A DNA stretch of 64,000 nucleotides from an uncultured Candidatus Saccharibacteria bacterium (GCA_964412585.1 CAYPPJ010000002.1:77720-141719), one strand, 5' to 3'. Counted from the first letter of the stretch, positions 48,458-58,758 are shown. Numbers and translations: made by a program. Notes: generated from the sequence alone by a model not told the origin.

Positions 48458-48928
48458 ATGCGAAGAAAAATAAACATCAAAAGAGATTTGCGACCAGATA
48501 TGAACTACCAGTCACTCAAACTGGGCAAGTTTACTAACTACATTATGGAGTCTGGCAAGAAAAATATCGCTCGCGGTATTGTCGCTGACTGTATGACCAT
48601 GATCAAGGAAAAGATGAAGACAGAGACTCCTCTCGAAGTATTCGAGGCGGCGCTCAAGAACACCATGCCGCTCATGGAAGTCCGTTCTCGCCGTGTCGGT
48701 GGTGCAAACTACCAAGTTCCGCGCGAAGTTCGTCCAGAACGTCGCCAATCACTCTCAATGAAATGGATTGTTGAGGCTGCACGCGGCAAAAAGGGTAAGC
48801 CGATCGCAGAAAAGCTCGCTGACGAGATTATTGCTGCAAGCAAGAATGAAGGTGAGGCAATCAAGAAGCGTGAAAACATGCACAAGATGGCAGAAGCCAA
48901 CAAGGCGTTTGCTCACTTTGCGTGGTAA
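48458..48928 (+). CDS. rpsG: 30S ribosomal protein S7
   Basis: ...GKKNIARGIVADCMTMIKEKMKTETPLEVFEAALKNTMPLMEVRSRRVGGANYQVPREVRPERRQSLSMKWIV... is canonical S7. Confidence 0.9.
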   Translation: MRRKINIKRDLRPDMNYQSLKLGKFTNYIMESGKKNIARGIVADCMTMIKEKMKTETPLEVFEAALKNTMPLMEVRSRRVGGANYQVPREVRPERRQSLSMKWIVEAARGKKGKPIAEKLADEIIAASKNEGEAIKKRENMHKMAEANKAFAHFAW

Positions 48929-48955
48929 TAATCACTTTCCACAGGTTTTCTACGA

Positions 48956-48982
48956 TTTGAGGTGCCAAATTGGCACCTCAAA
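48956..48982 (+). terminator. perfect 13-bp inverted repeat TTTGAGGTGCCAA-a-TTGGCACCTCAAA followed by a T-rich tract, between rpsG and the inserted ORF6N gene
   Basis: Read directly. Confidence 0.55.
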
Positions 48983-49003
48983 TTTGTTTATAGGTGATAG
49001 CAT

Positions 49004-49555
49004 TTGAGAATGGTTGAAAAGAAATTGTCCGAAACAAGTTTGGTACTTCCTGTTACTCCAGAATTCATAGAAAGGAGGATATTTTTGGTGCGTGGCAAGA
49101 AGGTTATGCTGAGTCCGGATTTAGCCGAACTATACCAGGTCGAGCCGCGTGTCCTAATCCAAGCAGTTAAAAGGAATCAAAAGAGGTTTCCTGATGATTT
49201 TATGTTTCAATTGTCTGTAGAAGATGTCGATTCTTTGAAATCACAATTTGTGATTTCAAAATCTGGTCAAGGTGGTAGTCGTCACTTGCCCTACGCTTTC
49301 ACCGAGCTCGGTGTCGCTATGCTTTCATCGGTCCTCAAAAGCGACCGGGCCGTCCAGATGAACATCTACATCATGCGCGCATTCGTGAAGTTGCGCGAAA
49401 TGCTGGCTACCCACAAGGATTTAGCAGAAAAGATTGAGGCTTTGGAAAGGGAACAGAAGGAGCAAGGCAAGGATATTACGATTATTTCCAGAATGGTTAG
49501 TAAGTTACTGGCAGAGAAGGAAAAACTGAGGAGTGCGATAGGGTTTGAGGCGTGA
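49004..49555 (+). CDS. ORF6N-domain (KilA-N-like, phage-associated DNA-binding) protein inserted into the str operon
   Basis: LVRGKKVMLSPDLAELYQVEPRVLIQAVKRNQKRFPDDFMFQLS...RHLPYAFTELGVAMLSSVLKSDRAVQMNIYIMRAFVKLRE matches the ORF6N pattern IRGxKVMLDxDLAxLYGVxTxxLNQAVKRNxxRFPxDFMFQLT...YLPYAFTEQGVAMLSSVLxSxxAVxVNIxIMRAFV. Confidence 0.6.
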   Translation: MRMVEKKLSETSLVLPVTPEFIERRIFLVRGKKVMLSPDLAELYQVEPRVLIQAVKRNQKRFPDDFMFQLSVEDVDSLKSQFVISKSGQGGSRHLPYAFTELGVAMLSSVLKSDRAVQMNIYIMRAFVKLREMLATHKDLAEKIEALEREQKEQGKDITIISRMVSKLLAEKEKLRSAIGFEA

Positions 49556-49685
49556 TGACTTTATTTGATTATTTCACCATTTTACTGTACATTACCTCTA
49601 CAAAAAGGCACACTATGCTTTTTAATTTTCACTAAATTTTGGTCCACTTTTATCAATTAACGGCCCAAATTATTAGCATTATTCT

Positions 49686-51830
49686 ATGAACCGCGACTAC
49701 CCGCTCGATAAAGTACGTAACTTCGGTATCATCGCCCACATCGATGCCGGAAAAACCACCACATCGGAACGTATCCTTTACTACACTGGCATGATCCACA
49801 AGATCGGCGAGGTGCACGAAGGGGAGACAACCACTGACTGGATGGAACAGGAGCGCGAGCGCGGTATCACCATTACGGCTGCTGCCATTACTTGTTTCTG
49901 GAACCCAACCTATATGCCAAAGACGGACACTTCAAAAAAGGTCCGCTTCAACATCATCGATACCCCAGGACACATCGACTTCACCGTAGAAGTGAAGCGC
50001 TCTCTCCGCGTGCTCGACGGTGCAGTCGTGGTCTTCGACGGTGTGGCTGGCGTGGAACCTCAGTCAGAGACAAACTGGCGCTATGCCGATGAAGGCAAGG
50101 TCCCTCGTCTCTGTTTCATCAACAAGATGGACCGTATGGGCGCCTCATTTGAACGCTCATACAAATCTATTCTCGAGCGTCTCAACAAGAACGCTGTTCG
50201 TTTCCAGATCCCTATTGGTACCGAGGGTGACCACGTCGGCGTCGTTGACCTCATGAAGATGAAGGCTTATACCTTCTCGGGCGAAAAGGGTATCGATATC
50301 AATGAAGCAGAGATTCCTGCTGACATGCTCGAAGACGCGAAGAAATTCCGTGCAGAGATGGTTGAAAAGATTGTTGAGACCGATGATGCGGCCATGACCA
50401 AGTTCCTCGAGGGAACACAGTTTAGTATCGACGAACTCAAGGCTCTTACTCGAAAGGCGGTCATTCATAACAAGATTTTCCCTGTGTTTACCGGTTCCGC
50501 ACTCAAGAACGTCGGTGTCCAACTTGTCTTGGATGCGGTTGTCGATTATCTCCCATCTCCACTCGATATTCCAGCGGTCAAGGGTATCAACCCAAACACT
50601 GGTGAAGAAGTAGTGCGCCATGCTTCAGATGAGGAGCCGTTTACTGCGCTTGCATTCAAGTTGCAAAACGACCCATTCGTCGGAGCCCTGACATTCTTCC
50701 GTGTATATTCAGGAACGATTGAGGCGGGTACTTATATTTACAATGCGACAACTGGCAAAAAAGAACGTCTCGGTCGTATCGTCCGTCTCCAAGCAGACAA
50801 GCGTGAAGAGGTTAAGAAGGTGTATGCAGGAGAAATTGCTGCGGCTGTCGGTCTCAAGGATGCACTCACTTCTCATACGTTCTGTGACGAAAACAATCCT
50901 ATTGTTCTCGAGCAAATCAAGTTTATGGAGCCAGTGGTCTCTCTCCGTATCGAGCCAAAGACAAAAGCTGATCAGGAAAAGATGGGTATGGCACTTCGCA
51001 AACTTGGTAACGAAGACCCAACGTTCCGCGTTTCCTCAAACCAAGAGACTGGCGAGACTATTATCTCAGGTATGGGAGAACTCCACCTCGAAATCATGGT
51101 TGATCGTATGAAGCGCGAGTTTAGCGTTGAAGCTAATGTCGGTGAACCGCAGGTAGCGTATCGTGAGACCATTCTCAATACTGCAGAAGCAGAACACAAG
51201 TACATCAAGCAGACTGGTGGTAAGGGTCAATACGGTCACGTTCGCATCACTCTCAAGCCGATGGAAAAGTTGGTTGAAGGTGAAAAGGTGCCAAAGAACG
51301 TCAAGCGCTACGATGATTTTGAATTTATCAACTCGATCAAGGGTGGTGTGATTCCAAATGAATTTATTCCAGCAGTTGAAAAGGGTGTTCATGAAGCTAT
51401 GGACCGCGGTATTGTCGCTGGGTTCAAGATGGTGAATGTCTCATGTGAACTCACGTTCGGTTCCTATCACGATGTTGACTCGTCTGAAATTGCCTACAAG
51501 ATTGCCGCATCACAAGCGTTCCAAGAAGCTGCAAAGCGTGCAAAGCCAGTTATTCTCGAGCCTATCATGCGCCTCGAAGTTGTTGCCCCAGAAAAATACA
51601 TGGGTGACATCAATGGTTCTATCGCCTCAAAGCGCGGTATGATCGAGGGTCAGGAGCCAAAGGGTCAGAATATTGCTATCCATGCCAAGGTTCCATTGTC
51701 AGAAATGTTCGGCTACACCACCTCACTTCGTTCGATGACTTCTGGTCAGGGAAGTGCAATGATGGAGTTTGATCACTATGAGGTCGTGCCGGGCAACGTA
51801 GAAAAGGAGATTGTTGAGAAGAGGAAGTAG
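49686..51830 (+). CDS. fusA: translation elongation factor G
   Basis: GIIAHIDAGKTTTSERIL..., DTPGHIDFT..., NKMDR... G-domain motifs plus complete domains II-V. Confidence 0.95.
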   Translation: MNRDYPLDKVRNFGIIAHIDAGKTTTSERILYYTGMIHKIGEVHEGETTTDWMEQERERGITITAAAITCFWNPTYMPKTDTSKKVRFNIIDTPGHIDFTVEVKRSLRVLDGAVVVFDGVAGVEPQSETNWRYADEGKVPRLCFINKMDRMGASFERSYKSILERLNKNAVRFQIPIGTEGDHVGVVDLMKMKAYTFSGEKGIDINEAEIPADMLEDAKKFRAEMVEKIVETDDAAMTKFLEGTQFSIDELKALTRKAVIHNKIFPVFTGSALKNVGVQLVLDAVVDYLPSPLDIPAVKGINPNTGEEVVRHASDEEPFTALAFKLQNDPFVGALTFFRVYSGTIEAGTYIYNATTGKKERLGRIVRLQADKREEVKKVYAGEIAAAVGLKDALTSHTFCDENNPIVLEQIKFMEPVVSLRIEPKTKADQEKMGMALRKLGNEDPTFRVSSNQETGETIISGMGELHLEIMVDRMKREFSVEANVGEPQVAYRETILNTAEAEHKYIKQTGGKGQYGHVRITLKPMEKLVEGEKVPKNVKRYDDFEFINSIKGGVIPNEFIPAVEKGVHEAMDRGIVAGFKMVNVSCELTFGSYHDVDSSEIAYKIAASQAFQEAAKRAKPVILEPIMRLEVVAPEKYMGDINGSIASKRGMIEGQEPKGQNIAIHAKVPLSEMFGYTTSLRSMTSGQGSAMMEFDHYEVVPGNVEKEIVEKRK

Positions 51831-51869
51831 TCGCTCGTAATGAGTGATTAGAGATTAGAAAAGCTTACA

Positions 51870-51906
51870 AAAAACCGCCCAGATTGGATGAAGGGCGGTT
51901 TTTTTG
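51870..51906 (+). terminator. terminator after fusA
   Basis: AAAAACCGCCC-agattggatgaa-GGGCGGTTTTTTTG. Confidence 0.7.
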
Positions 51907-51996
51907 TTGTACACAAGAGGAAAATTATTATGTAAATAGATGCGGTATACTGGGGGCATTAGATTATTCTTGGAATTTATTAAACTAATTATTTTT

Positions 51997-54876
51997 ATGA
52001 AGAAAATCACCAGAATTGCATTAGTGGGTTTTATGGCACTCTCGTCTATTTTTCTGTTCAATAATCAGGTTCGGGCCGAGTTAACACCTTGTTTGGATAA
52101 CTATGTCTATCCTGGACCAGGGCTCGTTCACTTGAGTCCTTGTACCGTGAATATTGATATGGTTGATGGTGCGGGCAATGTACCCATTAACGTCATGCTT
52201 GTGGATCAAAATAGTGGATATGGTGGATATACAGGATATGAGATTGAGCAACCCACAGGGTTTCCGGAATATGGTCTGAGCAAAAATGTAAGTTCGGGTG
52301 TTATTGTAGGTCAGACATCCATTGGTTTCACTGCTATTGATTCGGTGCTTGCTGCTAGTGGTACGCAGCCACGTATATATAATGGCAAAGTTGATATACA
52401 TCTTTTTCGGGGCACTTCATTACCAGACGGGAACAATGTTACTTTGTATATAAATATTAAAGTTTATCCCGCTGGTAGCACGATCCCACCAAAAACTAAT
52501 GTTAACCCAACTCTTTCGGCGATATCTGTAGTAAGTACAAGTGAAGACTATGTGAGTGGGGACGGTTTTAGTCCTGATGGGTGGGCTGATTGGAAGTTGA
52601 ATTTCAATCTTGCGGCAAATTCGGAAAAATCTATAAGACGTATTACTATCGCAAATAATTGGGGGCACGGTAATTATGGTTCTATTGATGCGTGGTCGAC
52701 TGGACTAGCTGCGGCTTACCCCTTGGATGGTATGCCTGTGTACCCATTACTTGTTACTTCTGGAGGTTACACCTTGTCATTAAGAGGAGATATTATACCA
52801 ATATCAAATATCCAAAACCAAACATACACCTTATACGCTCCAGTAGGACCTAGTGGTCCTGCGTGGACGGGGGGTAATCTTTTTGTTGAATTCACTGATG
52901 GCACTAGAATTACTGCTGATTTGCCGGCTTCAAATGCGAAACCGATTAATAAGCCATCAATAAAAACAATAACACCTACTTTGGCCTTGGTGGGTACGCA
53001 GGTAACTCTCACGGGAGTTTTTCCAGATGTGAATTCGATTCGGTTGACCCCCTCACCGAGCGGGAATGGATATCAAGCGATATCTCCAGTTTTTTCGCCC
53101 GACAGTACGCATCTAGATTTTAGTATTCCAAATGAATATTCTTCGTTTAATGGAAATGTTGCAGTTACAGTTACTGACTCAAAAGGACAAATTTCTAATT
53201 CACAGAGTTTGAATATAGTTATGTCGACGAGTACAAACCAAATCGTCTCCCGTCTCGACCCCTCAAGTCCTCCTGCTCGTACCGCCATCATTTCACCCAC
53301 GACTGTTACAGATAACGTAGTTCTTGGTGTATTTGATTTCAAGTCACAGAACAAGGATGCTACACTGCGCTCTATTAAATTCAAAGTATGGACGAGTACG
53401 TCAACGGTACAGACAACTTTCAACACGATCAAGATCAAGGTTGGATCGACGACATACTATCCGAGCAGCATAGCTCAGAGTGGTGCATACGCTGTCGTCA
53501 CATATACAAATCTTGCTGTACCAATGCCCGCTTCACAGTTCGTGCCTATAATTGTGTATGGCACAGTTGCTCCTGATCGCACGGGTGTTATGAATGGCGC
53601 GCGAGTGGCAGTAAACATTCTCGCAAGTAACTCGACAGTATATGCTGACGATGCCACATTTACACAGGTTCCCGTTGCTCAAACAGAACTTACCTCAAGC
53701 GATCTGACCTTCGCCACTGCAGCAACAAAGAGTATTACCCTCAACAAACTCGTTCTTTCTTCGAGCTATCATGTTGGCGATATTATTCCAATCAAATGGA
53801 GCTCAACCAATGTCAACAATGTCGTCATCAACTTGATGAACTACAAAGGCTTGTCAGTTGTGCGCTTCATTGCCTCATCGACTGCGTCAGTAGGGCAGTA
53901 CAATTGGACTGTTCCTTCAAATATTGATTTTAACTACGATACGATCTATACGATTGCGGTATCTGATGCGGCTACGCCAAGCATTATTTCGAAGTCAGGA
54001 AAAATAGAATTGCTCCCAGCCACCCCGAACGCTTCACCTGTGGCCATAAGCAACCAAGTTACGTCATTTGTGCCGTTGGTGACACCAAATGGCACGACGG
54101 GGGGAAATGCAACCTTTGCCTTCACATTGACTGCTGGCAGCAATCCAATATACATCAGTAGGACGGCCTCAGGGGTCATGACGTTGGTTCCAGTAGGCAT
54201 GACAGTCTCAATCAATTCAGTCACTGCCGAACCTGCGGGTGTGAGTGGTGATAGCAATTCTTCCTTTGTTATACCTGCAGGAACATCACGACGATTTACC
54301 TATAACGCATTCCTTGATAATTCCAATGGCACAACAGGTCAGAAACTTGTTTCGATACAATCGATTATCTATGGCATGACAGCGGCAAATCCGAACGGCT
54401 ATCAGATTTCCTCAGGATTGGATAATCTCAAGTTGTCAGTGAACTTGAATAGTAATGGGACACCGCCACCAGTCACTGCATTATCGGCACGTCTTACGGT
54501 AGAGGGTCAGCATACTTACACATACACTGTCGGTCAGACCAATCACATTGCTTGGTTAGGCTCGGGTCCAAGTGGCACGGTATACTCGTCATATTCAAAA
54601 GCTAATGATGTGGGGAAGTGTGGCGAGGGAGCGTGGGTTGCAAACAATGCACAAGGAACATCCAATACCTATCTCACGGGACAATGGGCAGGATGTACGT
54701 GGACTGTTACCTACGTCGCAACAAATCCTGCAACAGGCCAATCTGTTCAGGATAGTGTGACAGTGAGCGTTGTGAGCCAGTCAACTCCACCTCCAACGAG
54801 TACGACGACGTCATATTATCCATCAAATTATGGGGCAGCGATAATAAACGCATTGACTCGTTTGTTGGGATTGTAG
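51997..54876 (+). CDS. very large secreted surface protein (about 960 aa), Thr/Ser/Asn-rich beta-sandwich-like repeats
   Basis: Start placed at MKKITRIALVGFMALSSIFLFNNQVRA (signal peptide). No catalytic motif found; the composition is typical of an adhesin or S-layer-like protein. Confidence 0.45.
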   Translation: MKKITRIALVGFMALSSIFLFNNQVRAELTPCLDNYVYPGPGLVHLSPCTVNIDMVDGAGNVPINVMLVDQNSGYGGYTGYEIEQPTGFPEYGLSKNVSSGVIVGQTSIGFTAIDSVLAASGTQPRIYNGKVDIHLFRGTSLPDGNNVTLYINIKVYPAGSTIPPKTNVNPTLSAISVVSTSEDYVSGDGFSPDGWADWKLNFNLAANSEKSIRRITIANNWGHGNYGSIDAWSTGLAAAYPLDGMPVYPLLVTSGGYTLSLRGDIIPISNIQNQTYTLYAPVGPSGPAWTGGNLFVEFTDGTRITADLPASNAKPINKPSIKTITPTLALVGTQVTLTGVFPDVNSIRLTPSPSGNGYQAISPVFSPDSTHLDFSIPNEYSSFNGNVAVTVTDSKGQISNSQSLNIVMSTSTNQIVSRLDPSSPPARTAIISPTTVTDNVVLGVFDFKSQNKDATLRSIKFKVWTSTSTVQTTFNTIKIKVGSTTYYPSSIAQSGAYAVVTYTNLAVPMPASQFVPIIVYGTVAPDRTGVMNGARVAVNILASNSTVYADDATFTQVPVAQTELTSSDLTFATAATKSITLNKLVLSSSYHVGDIIPIKWSSTNVNNVVINLMNYKGLSVVRFIASSTASVGQYNWTVPSNIDFNYDTIYTIAVSDAATPSIISKSGKIELLPATPNASPVAISNQVTSFVPLVTPNGTTGGNATFAFTLTAGSNPIYISRTASGVMTLVPVGMTVSINSVTAEPAGVSGDSNSSFVIPAGTSRRFTYNAFLDNSNGTTGQKLVSIQSIIYGMTAANPNGYQISSGLDNLKLSVNLNSNGTPPPVTALSARLTVEGQHTYTYTVGQTNHIAWLGSGPSGTVYSSYSKANDVGKCGEGAWVANNAQGTSNTYLTGQWAGCTWTVTYVATNPATGQSVQDSVTVSVVSQSTPPPTSTTTSYYPSNYGAAIINALTRLLGL

Positions 54877-54894
54877 ATTTGGAGTCGTTAGAAA

Positions 54895-54925
54895 AAACTG
54901 TCCGTTCTGCGGGCAGTTTTTTATT
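54895..54925 (+). terminator. terminator after the large surface-protein gene
   Basis: CTGTCCG-ttctg-CGGGCAG (one G-U pair) followed by T6. Confidence 0.5.
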
Positions 54926-55245
54926 GTGGACAACTGGCGAGCCATTGTAGCTGCGAGCCGAGCCGTCCCCTCTATGGGGATAACTCCACTTGGCAAAAAA
55001 ATAAAACACGATATACTTATCCCACTACCCAAGACGTGTCTCGAAAGAGCAGGTCTTTTCTTATTATTGGCGTTCGTTCTTAATCAAAACAATATGTCAC
55101 GATCACACACATCAATGTTCGGGGAAGATGTTAAGTATTTACTCGCACTTTCATTATTGGCATGGATAACATTTACCTTGCCATCAGTGCAGGCAGCTCT
55201 TATAGGCTAACCATCTCTCTGGATTATTAAGTTATTTATTATCAC

Positions 55246-56355
55246 ATGAAAAAATTAATTGTACCGATATCTCTTGTGGTGATGGCCCTCGCGGTCGCAG
55301 CGATGCTCCCAGCATTGGTCTCGGCTGAGACGTCATCAACCCGAGATTCGTGCTACACGTTCTCCAAAAATTTTGGTGTAGGCAGTGAAGGCGAACATGT
55401 CACTCGTCTTACGCAGGCTCTCATCAAAGACGGGGTTCTGTCGAATGTTGAAAAGATTTTCGATGAGGATCTAGCTGGGGCTATAGTCAAATTCCAAAAC
55501 AAATACGGTATTCCAACCACCGGATATGTTGGGCCACTGACTCGCGCCAAGCTCAATTCGCTCTATGGGTGTGGAACTCAAGGAAACTCCACAAGCGTAC
55601 GATATGAATGTCCGCCAGGCTATATTTGCACACCTTCTGGTCAAACTACCAATGCGGTAGTGTGTCCGGCAGGCTATACGTGCTCGCCCAATTCATCGAT
55701 TCCTGAACAGCCCTATGTGTCAGGTATGATCAAGTGTGTGTTCAATGGCTCGATGAAGAATGAGAAGTGTTATTCTACAGACGGTAGGTTCTATTTCAAC
55801 GGTACCGGGTCAACTGGTGGCGTCATCTATGGAAGACTTGGTTCTTCCATGACATGGAAAAGCACCTGCGGTGGCTCTGTTAACACGACTAATGATGGGG
55901 GGAATGCGTATGCAAATTTCACCTGTTCGTCACCACAAGGGACATCAGAACCTACGTCAATATGTCCGACAGGGTATATCTGTACTACCCAAACGGCCCC
56001 TATTCAATCACCAGAAACTCCATTTATTGCGATTACCTCTCCAGTTGGCGGACAAGCCTATGAAGTGGGGAATCGCATGGCGGTTCAATGGCGCAGTAGC
56101 GGTATTCCATCATCACAAAACCTTGATGTTATTCGTCTGCGTAGTGTAGCAACTGGGCAAGAATACTATCTGGCTTCAGGGGTCCCAAACAACGGCGATG
56201 TGCTGCTCTTGGTTCCATCATTGGATGCTGGGCAATACACACTGGAAATAAAATCATCCATACCTGGCTTTTCAGGTGCGGTGATGGCGCAAAGTGCCGT
56301 ATTCGATATCAGCGCAGCAGTCCTACCTGGAAGCCGTGACGCAGTGCGTCAATAA
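55246..56355 (+). CDS. secreted protein with a peptidoglycan-binding (PG_binding_1-like) domain and Cys-rich CPxGYxCT repeats
   Basis: Signal peptide; LTQALIKDGVL...AIVKFQNKYGIPTTGYVGPLTRAKL is PG_binding_1-like; then CPPGYICTPSG, CPAGYTCSP and CPTGYICTT repeats. Confidence 0.5.
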   Translation: MKKLIVPISLVVMALAVAAMLPALVSAETSSTRDSCYTFSKNFGVGSEGEHVTRLTQALIKDGVLSNVEKIFDEDLAGAIVKFQNKYGIPTTGYVGPLTRAKLNSLYGCGTQGNSTSVRYECPPGYICTPSGQTTNAVVCPAGYTCSPNSSIPEQPYVSGMIKCVFNGSMKNEKCYSTDGRFYFNGTGSTGGVIYGRLGSSMTWKSTCGGSVNTTNDGGNAYANFTCSSPQGTSEPTSICPTGYICTTQTAPIQSPETPFIAITSPVGGQAYEVGNRMAVQWRSSGIPSSQNLDVIRLRSVATGQEYYLASGVPNNGDVLLLVPSLDAGQYTLEIKSSIPGFSGAVMAQSAVFDISAAVLPGSRDAVRQ

Positions 56356-56409
56356 CCATATTTACAAACACGGTGCCCAGGTCGACATCGTGCCAAACTT
56401 AACTGAAAT

Positions 56410-56440
56410 CCCCGCACCTTACCGGTTGCGGGGGTTTTTC
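56410..56440 (+). terminator. terminator
   Basis: CCCCGCA-ccttaccggtt-GCGGGG followed by T5. Confidence 0.6.
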
Positions 56441-56460
56441 GTACACGCTACACTGTTCTC

Positions 56461-57057
56461 ATGAATACTCCACAAGCGTTTATATTTATTGGCAGATCAG
56501 GGTGCGGAAAAGGCACGCAGGTTCAGCTCCTCATTGATGTGCTCAAGAGCAAGATGCCTGCGATTGATGCATTGTATATACAGACTGGCCAGCAATTCCG
56601 TGATTTTATTTTAAAAAAGGGGGCAACAGCCCAAAAAGCAAAGGAGATTTATGATGTTGGCGGTCTTGAACCAGAATTCCTTTCTACCTACATGTGGGTC
56701 AAAGAACTTGAGGAAAAATATGTCGGCAATCAGCATGTGATATTTGATGGTACGCCACGAAAGATGCACGAGGCCGGGGTGCTCCATTCGTGTTTTGGTT
56801 TTTACGGCCTCACCAAGCCATGGGTAGTTAATATTGATATTAGCGAAGAAGAATCCGCACGCCGTCTTATGGCCCGAAAGCGTATGGATGACACAGAAGA
56901 AGATGTAAAAAAGCGCCTTGCTTGGTACGAGACAGATGTGGTGCCAACATTGGGTTATTACGACGGCAATCCGGCTTATAATTTCATTAAAATATTTGGA
57001 AATCGCAGCATTGAAGATGTTCACGCTGACATTGTGAAAAAGCTAGGCTTGGTGTAG
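56461..57057 (+). CDS. adk: adenylate kinase family protein (short form lacking a zinc lid)
   Basis: The P-loop FIFIGRSGCGKGTQ (compare GxPGxGKGTQ), ...FDGTPRK... and ...KRLAWYE...LGYY follow the adenylate-kinase layout. Confidence 0.65.
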   Translation: MNTPQAFIFIGRSGCGKGTQVQLLIDVLKSKMPAIDALYIQTGQQFRDFILKKGATAQKAKEIYDVGGLEPEFLSTYMWVKELEEKYVGNQHVIFDGTPRKMHEAGVLHSCFGFYGLTKPWVVNIDISEEESARRLMARKRMDDTEEDVKKRLAWYETDVVPTLGYYDGNPAYNFIKIFGNRSIEDVHADIVKKLGLV

Positions 57058-57066
57058 TTTTAGGCC

Positions 57067-57834
57067 ATGGTCAATATAAAGACAAAGCAGGACATCGCTA
57101 TACTCCGCGAAGGAGGTAAACGTCATGCCTATATTCTCAAGGAACTGGTCAAGATGGCCAAGCCTGGTGTGCACGTGATTGATCTAGATACACGCGCGGC
57201 TGAGCTTATCCGTGAAGGTGGGGACATGCCTGCATTTTTGAACTACCAACCCTATGGCGCCTCTCGCCCATATCCCGCGACGCTCTGTGTTTCTATAAAT
57301 GATGAGATTGTTCACGGTATTCCAACGGAGGGGGACAAGGTCCTCAAGGAGGGAGACATTGTGAGTATTGATCTTGGACTCGTCCATAAAGAACTCATCA
57401 CTGATGCCGCTGTAACCGTTGCGGTAGGTTCTATTTCTCCAGAGCTGAGCGGATTACTCACAAAGACACAGGAAGCTCTCATGGCCGGTATAAAGGCCGC
57501 AAAGGGGGGTGCTCGCGTGGGGGACATTAGTAATGCAATTCAGCGCATTGGAGTGGCCGAAAAGTACGGCATTGTAGAGGAGCTGGCTGGCCACGGTGTT
57601 GGATATCATGTTCACGAAGATCCATATGTCCCAAATTTCGGACGTGCGGGCAAAGGAGAGCTCCTCAAGCCTGGCATGGTCATCGCGATTGAGCCGATGT
57701 TCAATCTTGGTACCAAAAAAATAAAGTTGGACGCCGATGGATATACCTATCGAACTGCAGACGGCAAGCCGAGCGCTCATTTTGAGCACACAGTAGTTAT
57801 CACCAAGAGCGGCGCAGAGATTTTGACCGCGTGA
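57067..57834 (+). CDS. map: type I methionine aminopeptidase
   Basis: Metal ligands in ...IVSIDLGL..., ...GHGVGYHVHE... and ...VIAIEPM.... Confidence 0.9.
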   Translation: MVNIKTKQDIAILREGGKRHAYILKELVKMAKPGVHVIDLDTRAAELIREGGDMPAFLNYQPYGASRPYPATLCVSINDEIVHGIPTEGDKVLKEGDIVSIDLGLVHKELITDAAVTVAVGSISPELSGLLTKTQEALMAGIKAAKGGARVGDISNAIQRIGVAEKYGIVEELAGHGVGYHVHEDPYVPNFGRAGKGELLKPGMVIAIEPMFNLGTKKIKLDADGYTYRTADGKPSAHFEHTVVITKSGAEILTA

Positions 57835-57847
57835 TACACTGTATCCC

Positions 57848-58465
57848 ATGAAAAACTCTACTACAGGTCACCCTAAGCTCGAACGTACGTTAGTTATTAT
57901 CAAGCCAGATGGCATACAGCGCGGACTCATTGCTGAGATTATAAAACGATATGAACAGATTGGCCTCAAGTTGGTGGCAATTAAGATGATGGTCCCTACC
58001 GCTGAGCTGATTGAAAAACACTACACACTTGATCCGGAATGGCGCGTGAAGACGGGGCTCAAAACCATTAAAGGATACGAAGATAAGGGTCTTACACCCC
58101 CACTAACTGATCCGTTGAAGATAACCGAAATCATTTTAAGAAATAATGTGGCATACATGACCAAGGGGCCCATTATAGTCATGATATGGCAAGGTGCTCA
58201 TGCAGTTCAGATCGTGCGTAAATTAACTGGTGGTACGGAACCACTCACGTCAGATGTAGGTACTATTCGAGGTGATTTTGTCCTAGATTCATATAGTATG
58301 AGTGATGGGGATGGGCGAGCGGTTCGCAATCTCGTGCATGCCTCTGGATCTATCAAAGACGCCAATGATGAGATAGCTCATTGGTTCAAAAAAGAGGAGA
58401 TTTTTGACTACACACTCCTCAATGAAGCCATGTTGTACGACCTCAGTCTCGATGGAATCCTCTAA
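57848..58465 (+). CDS. ndk: nucleoside-diphosphate kinase (with an internal insertion)
   Basis: ERTLVIIKPDGIQRGLIAEII..., ...RGDF... and NLVHASGS (the NxxHGSD catalytic His region). Confidence 0.75.
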   Translation: MKNSTTGHPKLERTLVIIKPDGIQRGLIAEIIKRYEQIGLKLVAIKMMVPTAELIEKHYTLDPEWRVKTGLKTIKGYEDKGLTPPLTDPLKITEIILRNNVAYMTKGPIIVMIWQGAHAVQIVRKLTGGTEPLTSDVGTIRGDFVLDSYSMSDGDGRAVRNLVHASGSIKDANDEIAHWFKKEEIFDYTLLNEAMLYDLSLDGIL

Positions 58466-58758
58466 CTTGTGCACGACACACAGTTGTCGTGTTTGTAAAA
58501 CGAATGTTATAACTCACTATCCACTTTTACCGTACGGCAAACAGGAATACAATGAATGCAGGTTGCGGAGTATTAAACCCTATACCAATTTATACGGGAG
58601 CTCGACGAACTTCGGTTCACATTAGGTTGCACCTTGGTGCTAACCTTGAGAGCACCCACCTAGTTTTTCTAGGTTAATCAATACTTCGTAACCTACCCAA
58701 AGATCGTCTCCTCGTGAGATGATTTTTGATTTAGAAGAAAAAAAGTTATACTTACCCA

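Noticed and set aside
54926-55210. ORF 54926..55210 (94 aa)
   Set aside because: It lies in a terminator/promoter spacer with no motif; I cannot support it as a gene.
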